From contig NW_026781355.1 of the NCBI RefSeq assembly GCF_030144855.1, positions 310,001 through 372,084 on the forward strand: DNA of 62,084 nt. Reading direction: 5' to 3'. A program made the translations under genes and the position numbers. The notes under the pieces were generated by a model, which was given only the letters and a program-made list of their open reading frames with translations, did not search any database and had not been told where the DNA came from. How positions within the stretch are numbered: position 1 is the first letter of the stretch; every line of letters begins with the position of its first letter. Shown here piece after piece: positions 38,701 through 50,700 of the stretch. The DNA is from Hypanus sabinus (Eukaryota).

Positions 38701-41700
38701 ATTTCCCCACCACAACTCCATCTCAGACGGTCCCTCACACAGGGCGGCCCCCAGATTTCAACGGGCCCCCTGGCGGGGCCTTGCCTGAGCCTGGGAGGAA
38801 TGAGTGGAGTTCTAACGGAGGATCAGGAATCTTCCCAGAGAAGATGCACACTCAGCGTTTCAGGAAGAGCTTCTTCCTTCCTGCTGATTTCTGAATGGAC
38901 AATCAGAAAAGTGAGGGCCATCTCACTTTTTTCCCTATTTTTCCCTCTTTTGTGCTACTTATTTAATTTAAAATTATACATGTAGGTATATATTTCTTAT
39001 TGAAATTTACAGTTTTTTAATTAATATGTATTGCAATGTATAACGGGGTGTCAGGGTGAAGATACGTCTTTACCAAAGGAGGTGTAAGACACTCCTTCCC
39101 TCCACTGGTCTTCACTTTACCCTTGGGCGAGGTGTAGCCCCTGCTTCGCCCCTGATCAGGGTCACGTGAATCCATGGGATCAGGTGGTGGATGGTTGTAT
39201 GAGCAGCTGGTGCAGATCACAAATTCTGGTTATGTGACCACTGATACCAGGCAGACAATCTCTGAAGATTATTGACAATGGCTGGGCTCACCCATCCCGG
39301 ACAGACACTGCTCAGAAGAAGGTGATGGAAACCCCTTTTGTAGAAAAATTGCCAAGAACAATCATGGTCATAAACAGGAAAATATCTGCCGTTGCTGGAA
39401 ATCCAGAGCAACACACACAAGATACTGGAGGAGCTCAGCAGGTCGGGCAGCGTCTATGGGGAAAGGATCAAAGGTTCATTTTATTGTCAAAGTTTGCATG
39501 TAGAATACAACTCTGATATTCATCTTCTCCAGATAACCATGATATCCAGATAAACCATGGGATTCATTACAAGAAAAGACATCAATACCCCCACACGAAA
39601 AGGAAAAAGAAAAATCTCGCAAACCTCAAACCCCCTCCCCGTCCCCCACCTCCCTCCCTCGCACAAAAGCCAACAGATCACCCACATGGAAGATGATCGT
39701 CAGAAGATCGAAAGCCTCAAGCCCCCAACCCCCTCCCTCTCAAAAAATACAGTGCTGACAGCACCAAACCCAACACCCTCTCCCCACACAGATCACCCAC
39801 ACAGAACAGCCAACAACATCAGACACCAATCCCTAACCCCTCCCTCACACAAAGAACAATACATCGTCCCTCTAGAACCCCAACCCACCAATCAGCAACA
39901 AGAAAGAAAACAGAAACTGAAGGAGAGCTAAATAAACTACAGCCCAACAGCCACATCAGTCTCAGAATTTCAAACATTCCTCCCACCAGAATTGAGTAAA
40001 CAGTCGATGTTTTGTGCTGAGACTCTGCATCGGAACTCATGAAAGGGCCTGTTCTGCGCGGTGTGAGTCCTGATGAAGGGGTCAGCCTGAAACGTCAGCT
40101 GCTTACTCTTCCCCAGAGATGCTGCCTGGCCTGCTGAGTTCCTCCAGCATTTTGTGTGTGTTCATCATGGTTACGAGACTGTGATTGCCCACATCACACA
40201 ACACAGCACATACCGATGATGATGATCGCAATGTACTGCTACACAAAACACAAGCCGGTGAAATTATCCTAATCCCGATTGCGATTCTGCAGAATGTCAG
40301 GGGGAGGAGGCAGACAGGACACGTTTACAGGGCTCAACCTGTCACATTGATCCATAAGAAGTTAAGAAATAGGAGCAGGATTCGGCCATCCGGCCCATTG
40401 AGCCTGTCCCGCCATTCGATAAGATCATGGCTGATCTGTCCGTAAACTCAGCTCCATCTACCTACCTTTTCCCCAAAACCCTTAATTCCCTTACTATGTA
40501 AAAACCTATCTAACTGTTTCTTAAATATATTTAGTGAAGAAACCTCAACTGCTTCCCTGGGCAGAGAATTCCACAGATTCACCACTATCTGGGAAAAACA
40601 GTTTCTCCTCATCCCCATCCTAAATCTTCTCCCCGAATGTTGAGGCAATGTCCCCTAGTTCTAGTCTCACCTACCAAGGGAAACAACTTTCCTGCTTCTA
40701 TCGTATCTATCCCTTTCAAAATTTTGTATCTTTCCATAAGATCCCCTCTCATTCTTCTGAACTCCAGAGAGTATAGTCCCAGGCGACTGAACCTCCCCTC
40801 ACGGGTTAACCCCTTCATCAAGACAGAAGCCAGCCTCCCACCATGGATTCTGTCTGCACTTCTCACCGTCTCTGTGAAACAGAATGCAAAATCAGAGACC
40901 CTCCCATCCACCCTGGACATCCTCTCTTCGGCCCTCTCCCACTGGGCAGAAGGTACAACAGCCTGGACGCACGGACCACCAGGCTGAAGGACAGCTTTTA
41001 TCCTACAGTTATAACTACGGAGTGGTCCCCCAGTACGATAAGATGGACTCTCCACCTCATTATTTATTTGTTTATTCATTTAGAGATACAGCACGGAACA
41101 GGCCCTTCCGACCCAACGAGCCACACCACCCAGAAACCCACCTATTGAACCCACGACGATTTACAATGACCAATTAACCGACGAGCCGGTCCATCCCTAG
41201 ACTGTGGGAGGAAACCGGAGCACCCGGAGGAAACCCACGCGGTCACAGGGAGAACGTACAAACTCCTTACAGACGGTGCAGGAATTGAACTCTGAACTCC
41301 GACACCCGGAGCTGCCATAGTATCATGCTAACGGCTGTGCTACCGTGGCAACCCACTTAATTATGGCCCTGCACCTCACTGCCTGCCCACACTGAACTTT
41401 CCAGTAACTGTCACACTTTATTCTGCACTCTGCTGTTGTGTCCCCTGTACTGCCCCAGTGTGATGATGTGATGAAATGATCTGCTCAGACAACAAAGTTT
41501 TTCACTTCCCAAACTACTTGTGTCAGTAAAGAATCGATGACCAATTCACCTCTCGTGCTTGCTGAAGTCTTGCCGAATCTCCGGACCTGCAATGCTGAGG
41601 GTGGCTTTTCCTCTATGGACGCTGGCTGACCCACTGAGCTCCTTTGGCAGGTTGCTTTTCCACTCGATGTAGAACTGTAGGTTCAGAGCTTTGACCGGTG

Positions 41701-44700
41701 ACCATTTGGCGTTTGGGATTGATCAGTTCGAGCAAATTGGAGGAAGGCAGGGACACGAGCAGTGGCCATCGTCACAGCGGCCATTGTCTGAGTGGACAGT
41801 CGGACTGGTGATCTTGAGGCTTTAGCTCTTTGAAGCTTCCGTGAGGAGAGGCTTCACTCAGAGAAAGCAAAGGAAAGAAAAGCTCAGGTTTCTCCATCTC
41901 GTCTTTATATCTGGTGAACTGAGACAATGGAGATGCCCGGCAGGATAGTGGAATTCTCCTCTTGTGGGATGTGGGAAGGCAGGGAGACCTCCAGTGTCCC
42001 TGACGACTACAACTGTGAGAAGTGGATCCAGCTGCAGCTTCTAACCATCCGCGTGAAGGAGTCGGAGCTGGAACTGGATGAACTCCGGATCATCCGGGCG
42101 GATGAGAGGGTGATGGATAGGTCACACAGAGAGGCAGTTACACCCAAGGTGCAGGAGAGTACCCCTGTGGCCATCCCCCTCAAAGTGGTATACTGTCATG
42201 GGGAGGGGAGTGGGTGGAGAGGGATGACATAACAGAGGAAAGTCACATTGGTTGGGTCTCTGGCACTGAGTCAGCCTCTGTGACTCAGAAGGGAAGGGGG
42301 GGAGAAGAGGCACACTGTGGTAATGGGGGATTCATTAGGGGAACGGACAGGATGTTCTGTGGTGAGAACAAGATTCCTGGATGGTACTTTACCTCCTGGG
42401 TGCCAGGGTCCGGGATATCTCAGATCGGGTCCTCAGCATTCTGGAGTGGGAGGATGAGTTGCCAGAGGTCGTGAAGCATGTAGGTGCCAATGACATGGGT
42501 AGGATGAGTGACGAGGTTCTGCATGGGGAGTCAGGTATTAAGTTGAAGGGCAGGAACTCCAGGGTTGTGATCTCAAGATTGCTACCTGTGCCACATGCTA
42601 CTGAGGCTAGAACTAGAAAGATTATACAGTTCAATACTTGGCGAAGGAGTTGGTGGAGGAGAGTGGGCATCAGATTTTTGGATCATTGGGCTCTTTTCCG
42701 GGAAAGTGGACCTGTACAGAAGGGACAGTTTGCACCTGAACTGGAGGGAGATTAATATCCCTGTGGGAAGGTTTGTTAACGCTGCATGGTAGGTTTAAAC
42801 TGGAGTTGCAGGGGATGGGAACCAGAGTGCCAGAACAGTTAGTGGAGAGGTTGTGGAGGCAGATGTTCATAAAACCTCAGACAAAGATAGGTTGAGCATG
42901 GTGTGACTTGTATCCTGAGCTGAGTATATGTTGAATCATTGTGGAAAGAGCTAAGGAACTGCAAGTGTCATAAGACCCTGATGGGAGTTGTATACAGACC
43001 CCCTGAACAGTAGTAAAGATGTGGTCTTCAAATTACAACGGGAGAAAGAAAATGCATGTGACAATAATCACGGGGAATTTCAATGTGCTGGGAGATTGGG
43101 AAAATCAGCTTGGTGCTGGATTACAGGAGGAAAGTCTAGAGCAGGGGTCGGCAACCCGCGGCTCCGGAGCCGCATGCGCCTCTTTCATCCCTGTGCTGCG
43201 GCTCCCTATGGCTTTGGAAAATAAATGATGAGTATTTAATTAAAATGTATTTTATGTTAGTTTGTTAGTTTTTGAAATGTAATTCTAAATTCGAAGATTA
43301 TGGTGAACTTTTACAATCTAAATAAAACGTGTTTTTTGTCGCTATTAATATACGTCAGCACGGCCAATGCCTGACACCCGCTAGTGCGCGATTTCTTTAA
43401 TTTTTCGATCGAAGGTAGGCTAACTATGGAGAATTCTAAAAAAAGAAAAGTGACTGAAGAAAACAGAACTTTTAATGATACGTGGGCAGATTCATTTGCT
43501 TTCACTGCTGACGAGACTGGTTTACCGGTATGCTTAATATGCAATGAGAAACTAGCAAACAACAAAAAGTCAACAGTCGCAAGACATTTCCAGAATAAAC
43601 ACGCAGCCTTTGCTCAAAAATATCCGGATGGAGATGAGAGAAAAAAAGCCGTTTCAGAACTGATGTGGAAGGTTGATCCGAGCAAAAATCATTTCAAGAA
43701 GTGGATGATGTCTGAAAATCAATGACATATGCTAGTTTTGTTGCCGCTCAGGAAATAGTCAGGCACAGGAAGCAGTTTACAGATGGCGAATATATAAAAG
43801 AATCTTTCATTAAGATTTCAGAACATCTATTCACGGACTTTAAAAACAAGAGTGAAATTGTGCAGAAAATCAGGGATATGCCCCTCTCTGCAAAGACTGT
43901 CAAAGACAGAACCATAAAAATGGCAGAAGACATCAGAAGACAGTAAATTAAAGACATCAATTCAGCTGTGGCCTACTCGATTGCCTGTAACGAGTCTAAA
44001 GACAAAGGTGATATTGAACAAATAGCGCTGTTCTGCCGGTATATAAACTCTGCCGGGCCACAGGAAGAACTGATTGAGTTGATACCTCTAAAAGGCCAAA
44101 CACGGGGGGAGGACATCTGTGAGGCTGTCTTGAATTGTTTAAGAGCCAAAGTAATAAAGACCACCCACCTGGTGTCAGTAGCTACTGATGGGGCACCGAA
44201 TATGACGGGAACGCACAAGGGATTTGTGGCTTTACTGCAGAAGTCACTGGACAGAAAGCTGCTGAGTTTTCACTGCATCTTGCACCAAGAGGCACTGTGC
44301 GCTCAAACATTTCCTCCGAAATGCACAGAAGTAATGGATGTTGTCATTCAGATTGTCAATAAAACAATGGCAAAAAGTTTAAATCACCGTCAATTCCGTT
44401 TGTTACTGGACGAGCTGGAAAGCGCATATTCTGATCTCCTGCTGCACAACAAAGTCCGGTGGCTGTCAAGAGGGGAGGTGCTGAAACGCTTTGTCGCGTG
44501 TCTGGAAGAAGTGAAAACTTTCCTGGGCCGCAAAGGTCTCACCTTTCCTGAGCTGGAACAGCCAGAGTGGCTGGAAAAGCTACACTTCATGGTAGACATG
44601 ACAGCGCACCTGAACACGCTAAACACAGCTCTTCAGGGGAAAGGACGCACAGCCCTGCACATGTTGGAGGATGTTTTGGCATTCCAGCGCAAGTTGACAG

Positions 44701-47700
44701 TGCTTGCCAGAGATTTACAGAAAGGCACATTGTCTCACTTCCCCAATTTGAGAGAGTTCAAACAAGCTCACGACATGATAAATTCAGAGTATTTACATTC
44801 TGCAATCAATGCAATGCAAACATCGTTTGGGAAACGCTTCTGTGAGTTCAGAGAGGTAAAAAAACACATTATCCTTCCCGGTCACTCCCCTAAGCATCGA
44901 TCCATCCCACTGAATACGACTGCATTGGCAGGTGTGAGTCAACCTGATCTTGAGATGGAACTGGCCAACATAGCCGACAAAGACATATGGGTGTCCAAGT
45001 TTAGACGCTTGACAGCAGACCTTGAAGATGTTGCCCGTCAGAAGGCCGTTCTTGCTCAGAATCACAAATGGAGTGATATTGAAAACCTCCCCAAGCCGGA
45101 CAAACTTGTGTTGGAAACATGGAATGCTATCCCCGACATTTATGTAAACATTAAAAAGTATGCGCTTGGTGTCCTGTCGATCTTTGGATCCACATATGTG
45201 TGTGAGCAGGTGTTCTCCAACATGAACTTTATTAAAAACAAACATCGCGCACGCCTCACAGATGACAGCTTGTGATCCTGTGTAAAGATGAAGGTGATGT
45301 CATACAGCCCTGATGTGCAGGCGCTGTGCGCTGAGGTCCAGGAGCAGAAATCCCATTAACCAAGTATGATAAATATTTTAATTGCCTATTATTTTACGTA
45401 TATTCATATTTTTTCATCGTTCAGTGAAATAGTCCTTTTATTTTTCAGGTTGACAGCTGGCTGATGTTATTTTTGGTTTGCTGCTGGCGGACAATTTAAG
45501 TTCAGCGTTTTTCATAAATACAAGAAGGACTCAAATAGACATTGATTATTTTACTTAAAAGTAAACTTCAACCCAACGTCTTTTTTTCGGAGTTCAAAAT
45601 GTTTTTGTTGCATGCAGAAATGTAATTTCATTTTCTCTGCAGGAGTTCATCGATTTCATAAATGCAACACATTATAGTTTGCTTATACATAGCATAAAGG
45701 CAAAAAAATGTTGTATGCACTATTATTTCATTTTAAATGTCAAACGGGTTTTGTGGCTCCCAGTGTTTTCTTTTCTGTGGGAGACGGGTCCAAATGGCTC
45801 TTTCAGTGGTAAAGGTTGCCGACCCCTGGTCTAGAGACTTAGGGGAAAGTGAAAGCTTTTAAAAATCAACAGAAAGCAACTAAAAAGTCATTATGAAGGT
45901 AAAGATGAAATATGAAAGTAAGCTAGCCAATAATATTAATGAATATACCAAAAGTTTCTTCAGATATTTGAAGTGTAAAGGAGAGGCGAGAGTGGATATT
46001 GGACCACTGGAAACCGATGCAGAAGAGGTGGTAATGAGGGACAATGAAATGGCGGATGAACTGAATTAGTATTTTGCATCAGTCTTCACTCAGAAGATGG
46101 TATCAGTATGGTGGAAGTTCCAGGAGCCAGGGGTCATGAAGTCTGTGAAGTTACCATTACTAGAGAGAAGGTTTTTGCGAAACTGAAAAATCTGAAGGTA
46201 GATAAATCACCTGGACCCGATGCTGTACCTCCCAGGGTACTGAAAAGGGTGGCTGAAGGGATTGGGGAGGCGTTACTAATGATCTTTCAAGATTCACTAG
46301 ATTCTGGAATGGTTCTGGAAGATGGGAAAATTGCAAATGTCTCTCCAATATTCAAGAAGGGAGAGAGACAGAAGAAAGGAAACTATAGGCGAGTTAGTCT
46401 GATCTCAGTGGTTGGGAAGATGTTGGAGCTGATTATTAAGGATGTGGTCTCACATCCTTAATACTTGGAGGCACAAGATAAAATGGGCTGTAGTCAGCAT
46501 GGTTTCCTTAAGGGAAAATCTTGCCTGACAAATCTGTTGGAATTCTTTGAGGAACTCACAAGCAGGATAGACAAAGGAGAATTGGTGGATGTTGTGCATT
46601 GGATTTTCAGAAGCTCTTTGACAAGGTGCCACATATGAGGCTGCTTTACAGGTGATGAGCCCATGGTATTCCAGGAAAGATACTCACTTGGATAAAGCAG
46701 GGGCTGACTGGCAGGAGACAAAGAGTGGGAATAAAGGGAGCCCTTTCTGGCTGGCAGCCGGTGACTAGTGGTTTTCGACAGGGGTCTGTGTTGGGACCGA
46801 TTCATTTTACATGATGTGTCAATGACTTGGATAATGAAATTGATGGCTTTGTTGCAAAGTTTGCAGACAATATGAAAATATGAGGGGCAGGTAGTTTTGA
46901 GGAGGTAGAAAGGCTGCAGAGCGACTGAGACAGATGAGGAGAATGAGCAAAGAAATAGCAGATGGAATAGTGTCGGCAGGTGTATGGTTGTGCACTTTGG
47001 CAAAAGAAATGAAATGACTGACTATTTTTTAAATGGAGAGTAAATACAAAAACGGAGGCAGAAAGAGATTTTGAAATGCTTGTGCAGGATTCCCTGAAGG
47101 CTAACTTGCAGGTTGAGTCTGCGGTGAGGAAGGCAAATGCAATGTTCACATTCATTTCAAGAGGAGAATATAAAAGCAAGGATGTTTTCACTAGAATTCA
47201 AAAGAATGAGGTGTTTCCTTATTGAAACCTTTTGAATGGTGAAAGGCCTTGATGGAGTGGATGTGGAGGGGATGTTTCCGATGGTGGGAGAGTCTAAGAC
47301 CAGAAGACACAAGCTCAGAATCGAGATGCGTACTTTTAGAACAGAGATGAGGAGCAATTTCTTTAGCCAGAGAGTGGTGAATCTGTGGAATTCTTTGCCA
47401 TAGACAGCTGTGAAATCACAGTAAGTTAGTTACAATAAGAAATATCTAAAAATGAATAAGTAGTATAAAAGGAGGGCAAAATGGATGTAGTGTTCACGGG
47501 TTCACAGACCGTTCATAAATCTGATGGCAGAGGCGAAGAAGCTGTTCCTGAAACATTGAATGTGAGTTTTCAGGCTCCTGTACCTCTTCCCTGATATTAG
47601 CAATGAGAAGAGGACGTGTCCTGGGTGGAGGGGGTCTGTGATGATGAATGCCGCCCATTTTAAAAGACAGTGGGACAGGTACTGTTCATGGATGGAATCA

Positions 47701-50700
47701 CAAGCAAGATAATTATCACACAACTATTTTGTGAAATTTGTCATTTTGTGGCAGCAGTGAAGTGTAGGAAATAAAAATTACCACAAGATACAAAATTAAA
47801 TGAATAAATAGTATGAAATAGGAATGATTTGGAAGGTTATGGGCCAAACGCTTGCAAATAGGACCTTGGATGATGACCTTGGTCAGTTGGGCTGTACAGT
47901 GTGTCTCCACAACTCAGGTATCGATCGGGAGAAAACCCCTAGGGCACAGAGAAAATGGAAGCACTGTACTGAGGTCTGGTGTTAAAGCTGCTCTCTGTCT
48001 CACAGCTAACTCAAACTCAAACTCTCTCATTTACGTGCTGGTCGTTCTGGTTCTCCTGCTCCCAGTCTGTGTCCTCCTGGCAGTCTCCTGGAAGAAGAAA
48101 GGTGAGTGGAGAACTGGCTGGCAAGTGAAGATGACTGTTCCTCTCTATGAAGGAGAGTGGCTGATGGGGGAAGAGTCGGTGGGCTGTGGGAGGCGATTCA
48201 GTGGGTGATGGGGAGAGTTGGTGGACTGTGGGAGGGGATTCAGTGGGTGATGGGGGAGAGTCAGTGAGCTGTGAGAGGGGATTCAGTGGGTGATGGGGGG
48301 AGAGTCAGTGGGCTGTGGGAGGGGATTCAGTGGGTGATGGGGGAGAGTCAGTGAGCTGTGGGAGGGGATTCAGTGGATGATGGGGGAGAGTCGGTGGGCT
48401 GTGGGAGGGGATTCAGTGGGTGATGGGGGGAGAGTGATTGGGCTGTGGGAGGGGATTCAGTGGGTGATGGGGAGAGTTGGTGGACTGTGGGAGGGGATTC
48501 AGTGGGTGATGGGGGGAGAGTCGGTGGACTGTGGGAGGGGATTCAGTGGGTGATGGGGAGAGTTGGTGGACTGTGGGAGGGGATTCAGTGGGTGCTGGGG
48601 GGAGAGTCGGTGGGCAGTGGGAGGGGATTCAGTGGGTGATGGGGGAGAGAGTCAGTGGATGATGGGGGAGAGTCGGTGGGCAGTGGGAGGGGATTCAGTG
48701 GGTGATGGGGGGGAGAGTCGGTGGGCAGTGGGAGGGGATTCAGTGGGTGATGGGAGAGAGTCAGTGGGCTTTGGGAGGGGATTCAGTGGGTGATGGGGGA
48801 GAGTCAGTGAGCTGTGGTAGGGGATTCAGTGGGTGATGGGGGAGAGTTGGTGGACTGTGGGAGGGGATTCAGTGGGTTTTGGGGGAGAGTCAGTGGGCTG
48901 TGGGAGGGGATTCAGTGGGTGATGGGGGAGAGTCAGTGGGCTGTGGGAGGGGATTCAGTGGGTGATGGGGGGAGAGTCGGTGGACTGGGAGGGGATTCAG
49001 TGGGTGGGGGAGAGTGTCTGTGGGATGTGAGAGGGGATTCAGTGGTGGGAGTGGGCAGAGTTCCTTTTGTCTACGAACCTTTCGTAGACTTCTTGGTGCA
49101 CAACACGGATTTCAGTTTTTAAGTACAGTAATGATTGTCTTTTTATTTCTTCAGTTCACATCTGGCTGATGGGTTTCATCAGAGGTACGAAAAGGTAAGG
49201 TGAATCGATACGGAGACCGGGCTGGGGTTGAATGGGAGGTCCGTCACCCACAGGTTGAGCACAGCATGCTGACCTTGTTCAGAGATCTGATTAGTCACTG
49301 GAGGCCTGTGACTAGTGGAGTCCCACAGGGATCGGTGCTGGGTCCACTGTTTGTCATCTCTAACATCTGGATGATAATGCGATTAACTGAATCAACAAAT
49401 TTGCAGATGACACCAAGATTGGGGGTGTAGTGGACAGTGAGAAAGACTATCATGGCTTGCAGAGGGATCTGGACCAACTGGAAAAATGGGCTGAAAAATG
49501 GCAGCTGGAGCTTAATGTAGACAAGTGCGAGCTGTGGCAGTTTGGGAGAACCAGCCAGTGTAGGCCTTACATGGTAAATGTACGGCAGTGAGGAGTGTGG
49601 TAGAACAAAGGGATCTGGGAATACAGGTCCATAATTCATTGAAAGTGGCGTCACCCGTAGTAACGGATGCAAAGAAAGCTTTTGGCACATTGGCCTTCAT
49701 TAATCAATATAGTGAGTAATGGAGAGAGATGTTATGTTGAAGTTGTATAAGACATCAGTGAAGCCTAATTTGGAGTATTGTGTGCAGTTTTGGTCACCAA
49801 ACTACACGAAAGATGTAGATAAGGTTGAAAGAGTACAGAGAAAGTTTACAAGGATGTTGCCGAGTCTGGAGGACCTGCGTTATCGGGAACATAGAAGATT
49901 GAGAGGAGATTTGATAGAGTTATACAAAATTACGAGGGGTAGAGATAGGGTAAGTGCAAGCAGGCTTTTTCCACTGAGGTTGAGTGAGACTGAAGCTAGA
50001 GGTCATGGGTAAAGGGTAAAAGGTGAGAAGTTTAAGGGGAACATGAGGGAAACATCTTCATTCAGAGGGTGGTGAGAGTGTGGAACGAGCTGCCAGCACA
50101 AGTGGTGCATGTGGGTTCACTTTCAATTGAAGGGCTTTGGTTCAGATGCAGGTCGATGGGACGAGGCAGATTACTGGTTCAGCATGGGCTCGATGGGCTA
50201 AAGGGTCTGTTCTGTGGTGTACTGTTCCTTGACTCCATGACTATCAGCTTTATTTGTCACAGGCATGACGAAACATACAGTGAATGCGTCATTTGTGTCA
50301 CTAACCAACACAGTCTGAGATTGCGCTGGGGGCAGTCGGCAAGTGTTGCCGTGCTTCTAACGCCAACATAACATGCCCACAACTTACTGACCCTAACCTG
50401 TATGATTTTGGACTGTGGGAGGAAACCGGAGCACCCGGAGGAAACCCACAGGACAGGCACTCAGGATGAAACATAAAACTTGCTTACAGAGGATGCCAGA
50501 ATTGAACTCTGAACTCTGACACCCCGAGCTGTAACAGCGTATCGTCACAACCCTGTCTAGCTGTGGCACCACTTTCAGGGAATTAAGGGTCTGTGTTCCC
50601 TCATTGCTCTGTCCTGCCACACTCCTCAGAACCTGAGGTCTTGCATTTTGTCATATTAAATTAAACCTGATCTGCTGTTCCTTGGCCCACTGGGTCCGTT

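Larger units (their letters stand above)
37344..41449 (+). repeat. Tandem segmental duplication, copy 2 (contains V3 exon)
   Basis: Near-identical to copy 1 and about 180 bp shorter (two fewer ~89-bp units). Confidence 0.95.
41750..47420 (+). mobile_element. Near full-length decayed CR1 interrupted by a hAT transposon
   Basis: ORF1 (SSCGMWE.. zinc-finger-like, VKHVGAND esterase), deleted APE, RT pieces 45840-47420. Confidence 0.85.

Noticed and set aside
43968-45275. 435-aa ORF as a domesticated GTF2IRD2/ZBED-like host gene
   Set aside because: It lies between intact TIRs and a TSD, with upstream frameshift and stops and a mutated first catalytic Asp, so it is a decaying transposon.
48160-49060. 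Ig class-switch-like region
   Set aside because: G-rich and strand-biased, but AGCT motifs are sparse and no Ig constant genes are present.
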